NCBI GenBank assembly: GCA_000708835.1
Contig: DF237440.1
Coordinates: 6,595-70,594 of the forward strand
Length of the DNA: 64,000 nucleotides
Direction: 5' to 3'
Source of the DNA: Klebsormidium nitens
Taxonomy: Eukaryota; Plantae; Klebsormidiophyceae
The position numbers and the translations under genes are program-made. Under the pieces are notes generated by a model. That model was not told the origin of the DNA, made no database searches, and saw only the letters and a program-made list of their open reading frames with translations. Below, piece by piece: positions 12,001 through 22,032 of this stretch. How positions within the stretch are numbered: the first letter of the stretch is position 1; each line of letters starts with the position of its first letter.

Positions 12001-14544
12001 ACCGTCAAAATTCATGCCTTTTGTCCTGGGCTAAGTGTGTAGGGCCGAGGAGGAAGTTGATCCGCCGTGGAGCGTTTAGTGAATAAAACATGTGCTCACA
12101 TACTAACCTTCTGTGAGCTCGAGTGTCCCGGCTGCACTTATTCTGCATCCTACCGAGTTTCTCTTCTTCTAGTGAAGGTCAGGGAAAATTCTTTCGATGT
12201 TCGCGCGCTCCGAGTCCAAGATTTGGGGGGGGAACTTTTGCTTCTGTTCCTCTCCTCAGGTGAAGTTTAAGCCAGGAATATTTGACCGAGCAATCGCTTG
12301 AGAAATGATGGTCGAAAAAGCTCATCTCTTGTGCAAACAACTGACGCATCTTCAAAACAAGGCTCAACAAGCGTACGTTTTTTGCAGCTTCCTCGTCTGG
12401 GACCGAATCCATGGATGGGCATCCCCGTTGATTACATTGCAGCGACTTGGGCTACCCTTTGCCTTCGCAACACTCGGTGAGAGCTCCCTGGTAACTCTTA
12501 GTTCAAATAAGAGCAAATTCACTCACGACAAGCATTTGGATGACGGTCGGGTTGTTGGGTGATTAAGGTGAGTTCGCGTGCGGAGTGCGTAGATCTCTGG
12601 ATTAAGATTCGTGGTTTAGTGAGCGGGTAAAAGCTTTGAAGTGGAAGGGGGGTTACCTTGTGGTGAGAGCAATCATTAGCACATCCAAGGCTCTCTTCCT
12701 TGCTGAAGAAGTGACTGGTGCGATCTGTTACAGTGACTTTGGGGGTCCCTATCTGAACCCACTGACAAAAGGAAATGGCACATGACGGCTGCGTCAAGAC
12801 CTCTTGATGAAGGTTCGACTCGTTTCCTCTCAGGGTCGTTCCGGAAGAGCTCCCCGTCTACCACTTGATTCCGTTCACGCCCCAGAGCTGGGACGACATC
12901 TATGAGGTGAGCCCTTTTGCCTAGGGTCTGAGTTCCACAACCCTTGATTCCAATCAAAAAGTCCCTGATTTTATACTGTACCGTCCAGAGGTTTGTTTGA
13001 CTGAATGCAATTCATTAACGTCGTTGACATTCCATCAGAAGTTGGTGCTTATTGCGCTGCTGGATCCTGACACGCATCAGTCGTTCTCTACCCGCTTTGT
13101 GCACGACACCCCGTCCAAGTGGGGCAGCGTTAGATCTGCATTAGTAAGACAGGCCCACTGCTTGCCTTCACAAACCGCGTTTCCTTTGTCCAGCTCATAA
13201 GCGTCGTTTATACCTACAGGCGATGCGCAGCAACGGGCTTCCATTCGAGACCATCCCTTCAGTGGCCGAGTGGGCTGCGGACGTCCGCACGGCATCAAAA
13301 ACGGACCGCAAGATCATCCAGTTCCTGCCGCTCATTCCCCTGCTGGAGGTGGGGCGTAACGCTGGCTCCGCTTCTGGACGAACGTTACCGGCCTTTCTCT
13401 TTGCTGCACGTGAATCCTCTTGTTGGTCGAATCGTCGCTACACTTCCGAAGTTTGCAAGCCAAGATCGTGCGGTAGGATCTACGTTACGAAACTCGAGCA
13501 CGGTCTTTCTCCCATGCAAGAGCATCCTGAGTCCGGCTAGTTTCCGCCACCTTGGGTCCATCTTAAAGACACAGGTAAGCTGCGAGGTCCTGTTTCGTTA
13601 TTAGCCCAACAGTCCCTCTTTGGTCGTTCTCCCAGGCGAAGTGAACCAGATCAAGGCCCCGCATTTTGAAGCCAGAGTTTAGTGCGGGGCTCACTTCCTT
13701 TCGGTACTTTCCTTGCAGGGTCTCGCTGCAAGGCCGGGTCTCAGCTTCGCAACGGAGCGCACGCGCCGCGCACTGAAGGTGGGTCCCCGTTTTCAGGATT
13801 TCCAAACAACTCACAGCTGTAACACTTGAAGGCTCTCCGAACTCATGTCTAAAAATGTCTAATTCGGACCAGAGAATCGGTCCGAAACAAGTCCAAACGG
13901 AGTCCAACTACGATCTGAATAAGGTCCGAAGCAACAGCACCACATGCCTGATTCAGTCCGAAAGAAGTCCGAGTTGGATCCGAACGGAGTCCAAACCGCA
14001 CTTTGATCTGAATCCTCTTTGGACCTGGTTCGGACAAAATTGTTCTCACGTTGCGTGGCTCGTTCACAAACCTTCTGAGCGAAACGTCTCGCCTGCCCCG
14101 CTCCCGACACAAAGCAGCAAACTTTCAAGCGCCGAGCGGATCATGAGATGCCCAGCTTCGCCCTTTTGACGTCCTGAGAAACACCGTACACTAATTATGA
14201 AAAAGCCTTCTCAATTTTAGCCGAGTCGCGTTTCTCAGGTGCCGTGAGACATGCCTAACCATTGAAATGCCGTCTCAGGGTCCAGTTCCGGGGGCATGGT
14301 TAGCCAGGATTTTGATCTGACTTTTCAAAAGAAGATCCAACATGAGTGAACTTCCAAGTAAAGCATTTCGATTTATCACGAAAAGAATCTGATTGTGCGT
14401 CGTGTCCCGGGCTCTGATTAAATGGGTTGGCAAATCGACGTCCAATTCACTAATCTGTCAACTTTCGTGCAGATGGCGGGGGCCAAATTGCCCACGCTTG
14501 TCAGTGCCGAAGATCTGAGGCTACTTTTGCAAGCGGTCGTTTGA
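1..14544 (+). CDS. NRPS-like carboxylic acid reductase-type enzyme (adenylation - thiolation/PCP - thioester reductase), ~26 exons, 5' end outside window
   Basis: Spliced exons give A-domain motifs in order: RTAILASNSPEY (exon 442-624), ILHTGGTTGLPK (2229-2332), LGWMPLFHALG (2912-3046), LIYSGAPL (4642-4737), VFGSTETG (from 5623), QTGDLF...RADNLLVHTTGEKTNP (6351-6538), IPRTVKG (~8004-8151). The carrier domain follows: LLDMGLSSLTATELAQ (~8520-8681). The reductase domain has LLTGATGFIGSHVL (~9398-9507), LPGDLQKPLLG...VIHCGAAV (~10426-10599), GYALTK (~11331-11452), IYRIGLVVG and IPVDYIA. Last exon 14473-14544 ends AEDLRLLLQAVV*. Exon phases checked for 2229-5623 join in frame at GT-AG sites. Confidence 0.92.
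3035..4250 (+). repeat. Intronic degenerate copies of exon 3' ends and donor sites of the CAR-like gene
   Basis: TACTCGGCCAAAGTGCGTT occurs at 3035-3053 (real exon end + donor) and again at 3149-3167. The exon end CACATGATTAGGCGGGAGGAGGAAGAGCACGGGT (~3882-3915) recurs as CACATGGTCAGGCGGGAGGAGGAACAGCACGGGT (~4211-4244), with a more decayed copy at ~4048-4082. Confidence 0.8.
6120..6394 (+). repeat. Intronic degenerate copy of acceptor + exon 5' end
   Basis: CCTGTTACAGATTCGCTCTCTCGTCCCGACCCCCCGACGAGCCCTACCAAACGAGCGACCT (~6145-6205) mirrors the real acceptor/exon CCTGTTACAGATCCGCCCTCTCGCCCCGTCCCCCGACGTGCCCTACCAAACGGGCGACCT (~6332-6392). Confidence 0.85.
11172..11235 (+). repeat. Short interspersed repeat, copy 1
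   Basis: CCAACCCCACCCGTCCCCCGGGC (11213-11235) matches the reverse complement of 37763-37785 with 1 mismatch. Confidence 0.6.
13880..14035. repeat. MITE-like inverted-repeat element in a late intron of the CAR-like gene
   Basis: GTCCGAAACAAGTCCAAA (13880-13897) vs TTTGGACCTGGTTCGGAC (14018-14035) form an 18-bp inverted repeat with 2 mismatches. Internal direct repeats CGGAGTCCAA and GATCTGAAT each occur twice. Confidence 0.5.
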
Positions 14545-16159
14545 CAAGCTTATAGCTGGCCTAGGAATTTCAACAAACGATTTACGATAACCGCCCAGCG
14601 AGTATGGAAGTTCTCAGCAATCCCGCTGAAATAAGCTCATACAGGCCACAGTACACTGGTGTTTGATGATCCCTTTGCTTCGCATCCGTCCTTGAGAGAA
14701 AAACTCGCACGCGTAGCTGCTGGCAGCCATGGCAAAGACCTCGATCACTCTTTTTGTGAAATAACCAGCTAAAGCCGTAACACGACTTTAGCGTTGCTGC
14801 TTGTCGACTATGATGACATCATGGTTGATATCTCTGAAGTGTGAGAAGCCCCGATCATGCCCTGTACCCGCACTCCGCCCCATGCCTTTGATTCGCACGG
14901 GCTATAAGAGAAGTATCCATCATGGAACGAGAGCCCGTGTGAAAACGACGCATATGAATACCTTGGACTACGCGCGTAGTCATTGCACAAAGGGGTATAT
15001 GCATATGATCAAATAATCGCACGTATGATTCATGATGCATTGCCGCACTAGCTTTGGACGACATTCCCGCACCTGCTGACGGATTGTTGCTTCAACGTGC
15101 ACGAGACGGTTGCGGAGCACGAAGAACTGATGTGGAGTCTTCAAGTATTCACAGATGTCACGAAGCAAAGTCGATCAAGTCACAACGAGATAGCGTTCAT
15201 AGTCTTACTCTTTAGAACAAACACCCTTGTAAAATTACTGAACGAATATCGATCATAGCTAGGTTCAAACGGCATCCTTCTATATGTGTCATAGCGTCGT
15301 TAAAGAACCGCATGGCCGGATCCGCCTCCATCTCCTTGCACCATGGTCTCTCCGCGGATCTGCTTGAGCCACGTGGCCCCGTTATATGCTTTCCGGCAGC
15401 TTTGCAGCTAAGCAGCTTGCGACACGCACCACTTGAGATTGCAGTTAATTGCTGTACTTGACGAACGCACTAGTCCTAGTGGTCCAACATTTATTACTTT
15501 TGCATGCGAGCTCTGATGCAGTCCATGCAACCGCAGATGAGCTTGGTTGCTCACATGGTGACGTAGACGGCGCCTTTCTTCGAGCCTTCAACATTTCTTG
15601 ACTCAGCAGGGACATTGACCAGCTTTTATGAAGATCAGAAGAGCACCGGGTTCATGTACGCCCGTCACAATCCCCCGGTCACTTCTCGATATGTAGATCC
15701 AGATCGAGGGTATCGGTATTATTATATAGACTTGATCAGGACGGCTCGCCGTTGCGCGCCGCGAGGTCCGAGCTCAGCAAGGCGTGCAAAAACGCCAGCA
15801 ATCGAGGGAACGCCCGACGAAGCGCCGAACGTCGGCAACAACATTAGGAAGCTGAACGGGTTTCAAAAGTCTGCGGTTCTGACACTTCAAGCTAAAGCCT
15901 AAGCGCCGTCAGATTGATTGGAGCGATATGCCGCCCCGTCTTGCAATAGAGAGAGGTTCTGGCAATCCTAACATCTCATCGGCGGCTGTACACTCAAGCC
16001 GAGTAAAGCGACGTCTTGCGCCGCGTACGCGAGACAAACAAAGCTTCGAACTTCCACTTACCAGCACTTTGAAGCTGAAGCCCAGCCACTCCATGACGGC
16101 AGTACACTCTTGCATGAGTCGCCGCTCCGCGTGCTGTCCCGATGTTAGCGCGTCGTGCG

Positions 16160-18060
16160 TCAGCATGACGTCACTCGTGAGCCCCGCTGGGCTTGGTCCT
16201 GCGGACGCCTTTCCGACTTTCTAGCTTGTACACTCGACGTCGAAACTTCGGCTGACGTCACACTAAGGTCGGGCCCTTTCGCTTTCCGCCATTTGCGGAC
16301 TCGTTCGGGACCCGTGCTTCCGGCCGTCCGGCCGTCCGCCTGAATCCACTCCAGCAGTTTGCCGGAGCCGGACTCGTCCGATTGGACCGCTCCGCCGTTT
16401 TCTGAAGGCCGGAACAGGCTCCGTGCTACTCCCACGTTTCCCGCTTTGCGTGTTGCGTCTTCCTCCATTCTGCTCTGCTGACGATTGCAAAGGCAGACGG
16501 CGTCGAGGAACGGTTGGAACCCCTTTGATTCCTCCTAATTAAGACCACGGATTGGTCGCCGCTTCTTCCGCCCGGTGCCGCCCCGGCTGTTCCGTTCAGC
16601 CAAGGCACACCGGAACCGCACTCGCGCACCGTCTTTCTGCGCGCTACTCTTCCGGGTACCACCGACCAGAACGTTCCAAGCGCCCAATGCCATGCTCTTT
16701 GAAGCCTCTCCTTCGGACCCTGTCAGGACGCTCGTGCTGACGTCTTCAGACTTGGCAGAGCTGACGTCAGATCCGCTTGCCAGCGACGAGGAAACCTTCC
16801 CTCTCTTCTCCACAACCTACTCAATAGGGGGATCAGACGACAGCGACGAAGCGTTTTCCGGAACCCCCCTGGGCCGAAATTGCGCTCCCAGGGGGCTCTT
16901 AGGGCTCCGAAGCGACCCCGCCGCTGTTGTTACTGGGGCTGGGAGCTGAATCAAGAGACACTCTCCGCTTGGGAACGGGAGTCGCGGGTTTGCGTTTGGG
17001 GGCTTCGTCTCCGGTCGGACTTTCGGCGGCCGTGCACCGGAGGTTCTTGCGGGGTACCACTGCTCGCAAGCAGGGTCTTTGCACAAGAAAGAGGAGCTGT
17101 CTGTTCAAACTCGAACCGAAGCAATATTTGTGTCCAAGCGATCTGAGGACTAGGGCATTCTGGATCCGGCTATGTACAATCAAGTCCGTTTCAGCTGTGA
17201 GAAGATTTGAGGAGAACACTGTGTTGTTCAAAGAAGTTTAGACCAATTTTAGGGTACCTGTAGAGCTGAAAAAGTGTCTCCGTGCCCGTGGCAAGCCCGC
17301 GGAAACTTCTGACAAGTCCATATTTATGCACCCGGAACAGCAGTTCTGATGCATTCGGCCCCTTTCCCCTGGGCCGCAGACTTCCAGTAGGCCACACTCT
17401 TTCTGAAAGTCCTCCTGCCGACTCTCCGCAGACGCGTTTCCCTTGAGCTGACTCCGATTGCCGTACGATCAGTTCTGACTTTGTAACAACACAGCGTTCT
17501 CGCTCACCAGCTGGGGCAACCTTTGCTCCCGCTACTCCACTTCCTGCGCTCCAAACCGCACCGAGATTGTTGGCCCCTTTTATTACTTTCCTCGTTTCCC
17601 CCACCTAGTCGCCCTCCTTTTGGCCACCCCGCCTTTCGTCGTCATGATTGCAGCTTACTTCCGCCGCCAAGCAAGCGAAGGCGAGCCGGAACTCAATGGT
17701 AACGCTCCTAACCAAAGACGTGGTAAGCAGTCGATGTCATTTGCCGCTCGGTCACCATTATCTGAAGGTAGCGGGGCTGTCTCCATTTAAAACTCAGAAT
17801 ACTTGCGGCTGTCGTCGTAAGTAAGGCTTCTGTGTGCTTGCAGCATCTTCCTAGGAAAGTTCTGGAAGCAACGTCTTTTCTCCTTTTAAGCCTTTTGCAA
17901 CAAAGGTGAAGCGTGCGATTGTCGAAAATTGGGTTCTTGCGGCGATTGTCATTGGTTCTGCGCCTGCGGTAGTCTCTAATCAATCTTGTGACGGAATAGC
18001 GTCCGTTCTTTTCGAGTGTCCGGAAGCAGCGTCCGAACACTGAGATTGATGTCTACGGTG
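16160..18060 (-). pseudogene. Possible decayed large exon of a low-complexity protein
   Basis: Track ORFs 16817-17086, 16535-16813 and 16160-16468 share one minus frame and are separated only by single stops. A second frame from ~18040 runs through several stops into ORF 17191-17604. No recognisable domain. Confidence 0.3.
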
Positions 18061-18683
18061 CCCTGCAGCGTGTCGGCGTGGTTTAGGTCATTTGGCTTGA
18101 GCTTGATACCATGATAGCTTGCTTGATATTTTGTGTCACACAAGCCCGGCAGATGGTGCCCAAGGGCTACACCGGAGCGGAGCCGACTGCCGGCAAATCA
18201 ACACTCACGGTAGGAGATCTGCCGGTGAAGACGGACGTATTCGATTGGCCCAAGAAACACGTTAAGATTCAGGCGCCGGGTCGAGGGAAGCCTCGGAAAG
18301 GCGAGAAGTGACAGTGCAGGTAAGTCGACGCTTCTATTCACCAGAGTCCGGTCTCGTGAGCTACTTGAAAGCAGCCTCGAGAGATATAGAACTCATCTTG
18401 TTCCCCGCAGTCGATTGCATCGCCAGACTGCCTTTCGCTTGCTCGTTTGACGTTCATTAAGATTTCTTTCTTGCCGCTACCTGAAGAATCGGTTCACTTT
18501 ACGCTGCCTGCCACTTTGCCGTCACCAGCCTGTCACCATTTCTGCCAAATTGCAGCTGTTTTACTCGTAGTCGCCAGATTCTCATGCATCCAGCTAAGAA
18601 AAGTTGGCAGCCGATTCTGGTTCACAACAACGTTTGGCTGCCTGGAGATTCTACAGAAATTGTCGCTGATAAACCCGCGCTTG

Positions 18684-19300
18684 CTGACGTCACGTGCGCT
18701 TGCGCGGTGGAGTTTGTAGGGAGCAGCCGGTGGCCGTGAATATCTTGGACGCGCGTCTCCCGTGCGCGCGCCACTTCGAGAATGCTCGACCGGTATCGTT
18801 CTTGTTTTGTTCGCGCTTGCTGACGTCTTGTTTGCTTGCGCAGTTCTGCGAGCGCGAGCGATTGGTGGCCGTGGAGCAGAACGTCTGCCTGGGCCGCGTT
18901 TCCCCTGCGCAAGCGCATACAAAGAACAGTCCGAAAAAAGCCGCTGTTGTTATTTCGCTCTTGCTGACGTCACCTTTGCTTGCGCAGTTCTGCAGCCGTG
19001 AGCGGCTGATGCTGTGGAGCAGGACGTCTTCCTGGGCCGCGCCCTTCCGACTTAGTGCAAACACGGGCTGACTCGACTCTGACACTTTCACCTTTGCTGA
19101 CGTCATGTTCGTTCTCGCAGTTCTGCAAGCGCCAGCAGCCGGCAGCCGTGAAGCAGACTCGAAACGGTTTTTTGGGGTGCGCCCCTTTCGCGCGCGCGCG
19201 AACACGGCAAGCTCCCAGTAAAGCAGCTGCTGACGTCATGTTTGTTCGCGCAGTATTGAAAGGGCCCGGGGCGAGCAGCCGAGGTAAACCGGAACTCACG
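18684..19300 (+). repeat. Five-unit degenerate tandem array (~133-144 bp period), units begin with branch-point/acceptor-like sequence
   Basis: CTGACGTC starts at 18684, 18820, 18964, 19097 and 19230. Units 2-5 continue ...(T/C)GCGCAG or TCGCAG (unit 1 has GCGCGG), then related exon-like sequence (FCERERLVAVEQNVCLGR / FCSRER... / FCKRQQPAAVKQ). Confidence 0.85.
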
Positions 19301-19873
19301 GAGAAATGCGTCCAGGTCGCGCCCTCCCGCGCGTGCACGAAACTTCGTATGTATCGGTCGTCAAACGTGCATTGATTGCTCTGGAGCGCAAACGCAACTT
19401 CTCATTCTGCAGTTCGGTACACTGACGGATGCGGATCGCGAGGTGTGGGACCTGAGCATCAACAAGGATCAGAAGGCAGAGCACTTTGTCCTCAGAAGAG
19501 CAAGGCATGTGTTAAGAAGTTGAGGCGAGGTCAACGCACAAGGACGCAGTGAAGAGTGTACGTATGAGTACGGTAGCAATTTACGCAGCTTATGAGCGCG
19601 CTAGCTGTAGGCCCCTTTTCGTGTAAATGCTTGGCTGTGACTAGAAGCACAAGAGACTATTGTAGACGCACCCAACAGTAGATCGAACTGTAACCCGCTA
19701 GGTAGGACAACGGTAGCGCACTTAATAACACCGGATCTTGGTTTAAGGTTTCTAGCGCTCTTGATCTGCGCGTTTTCAGTATGTTTCGTACTGGAAAACC
19801 GGATATTTCAACCAAGATCGTCCTTAATTTTAGCATGTGCATTTAGAGCGACGGCGCCCTTAAAGCAATGCTG

Positions 19874-19933
19874 TTTTAAGAGCGCCGCCGGTCTGAAAGC
19901 GGACAATGTTTAAGACCGGCGCCGCTCTTAAAA
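19874..19933. other. Near-perfect 21-bp hairpin
   Basis: TTTTAAGAGCGCCGCCGGTCT (19874-19894) pairs with AGACCGGCGCCGCTCTTAAAA (19913-19933), 1 mismatch, 18-nt loop. Confidence 0.8.
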
Positions 19934-20196
19934 CGGCCGCTCTTAATTCGTGTCCAGATTTATAGTGACGTAAGTGGGACCACTAGGGGGCCAGGATTCT
20001 GCGTTTGATTGGGATGGCAAAGGATCTGGCACATGTTTGTGCCTAAAGACGCTCTTGACTGAATCGCTTTCAGACACAATACAGGACTTAACCATTCTCA
20101 GCTGGATTAGATCCGTGGTTAGGTATTACGAACCCCATAAGACACTAACACTGGATAGACATATATATTGGAACTCAACTTGTTGATCGGAGACCA

Positions 20197-20379
20197 GGGA
20201 TGGCAAACGGGATGGCAATGGGGCGTTACCTTTTTCTGAGTATTGAATTCTTGTTACAGTTCACATGAAATTCATACGGGGGAGCCCAAACGACTTTAAT
20301 GTCTGATGAAGCGCGCTTACAACATGATCTCACCAAGTCTCGCTCAAGGGATGGCAAACGGGATAGCGATGGGGCATTA
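20197..20379 (+). repeat. 32-bp direct repeat pair
   Basis: GGGATGGCAAACGGGATGGCAATGGGGCGTTA (20197-20228) and GGGATGGCAAACGGGATAGCGATGGGGCATTA (20348-20379). Confidence 0.75.
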
Positions 20380-20549
20380 AATTTCCTTGCGGACGGAACT
20401 CTTCTCAGCCAAGCAAGAGACCCACAAAGTTCGTCAAAGCTGGCGAGGCAGAACCTTTCGCTACACCCGGAATTCGTTGGCAATGATGCTGTCATTACAC
20501 TTCTATTTGAGGTCAAATATATGTGCCAAGCTGACCGTTCTATCCATCA

Positions 20550-20759
<210 letters not shown>

Positions 20760-22032
20760 TCAACAGCCTTCGTCATTGAAGTATCAAAGAAAGATCAGTG
20801 ACGCTTTGGCTTTGGACAAGTCTTCCGTCTGGAGCGGCAGAATACAAGCAGGAGCACTTCTCTAATTAAGCGATCGTCCGTAGGCAAGCGTGTTGCCAGC
20901 AACCAGATTCACATTCTCTTCCAGCAGCAAAGCAGTGCAAGCTTCTGATCCAATTAGATTCTTGCTGACACATGACAATTGCACTCTGTTGGTTGATCAG
21001 CGAACAAAAGTACCCTACTCAATCTTTTGAATACACTGACCAGTCAAAAGTTCTAAACTATGGATAAACTGGAATGTACCGAGTACACTGGATGATCAAG
21101 AGTGAGAGTTTTGCCAATAGAAATCACTCGATCCAAACTTGAAATGCTGGCATGGACTCAGCTTGCCGAGAGCCAGGTTGACAGCCAGGTTGCATGCAGG
21201 CAGTCATGACCATCCTTGGATATCAAGAAGATATGACAGTGCATGGCAATGATGCTAGCATATGTTCACGAACAAAGATTCGAAGTAAGACTTGTACGGA
21301 TCACATGTACTGGTAAGTTAGGACTGAATAATACTCCTGCGGATCACCAGGCAACGTTGATTCAATCATCCGAAATTACGCGTACAGCCATGAAGAGGCT
21401 ACTGCATGATCGATGTTATTCTAGGGCTAACTTCATGCATGAGAACTGAGAAAGGACGCAGATTCAGTAATGCTGATTAGTACCAGTGCCTCTAGATTGA
21501 TCTTTGCCTCTAGCTCAAATGCTACCATGTAATCGTGTCTTGAGCTTAAGTGACCGGCTCGCACCATATGCACTAACTGGTCGTGTGTGTGCATGTCGTT
21601 AAATGACCGCTCGCACACGCCACCTTGGGAAGGCTACCTGGCAATGCGAGGCGCCTAACTGACCGCGGCAGGCGGCTTTGTAGAAGGCGGCTTTTCCCTT
21701 TGCCACAGAAGCGACAGCACGCGTCTAAACTCCACTAAACACTTCCTGCCTGTGCGCATATACCTTATATAATACTACTGGTCCGCACCCTCCAGCTGAC
21801 GAGCGACACATGGAACGCGGGTGACGGTTCTACTAAAAGGTCCTCTGAGAAAGCCTACTTTTGCCCCCAAGAACTAGTCAAGTGCCCTTTGCATTACTGC
21901 TTATCGGGATAATCAATCATTATATACGTACAGTTTTACTTTGGAGTGGGCCTGGCATATCATTACCTGCTGATGCAAGTGACCTTATCTGCGAGGTTGC
22001 TACAGACACAAGCATACTCCTCCTAGACTGAT

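Noticed and set aside
18134-18320. Exon-like segment MVPKGYTG...KIQAPGRGKPRKGEK followed by a GTAAG donor, faintly like an FKBP N-terminus if a 1-nt indel is assumed
   Set aside because: Similarity is too short, needs an assumed frameshift, and no further FKBP exons were found.
18684-19300. Repeat array considered as CRISPR-like
   Set aside because: Eukaryotic context, units are degenerate along their full length, no conserved repeat/unique spacer pattern and no cas genes.
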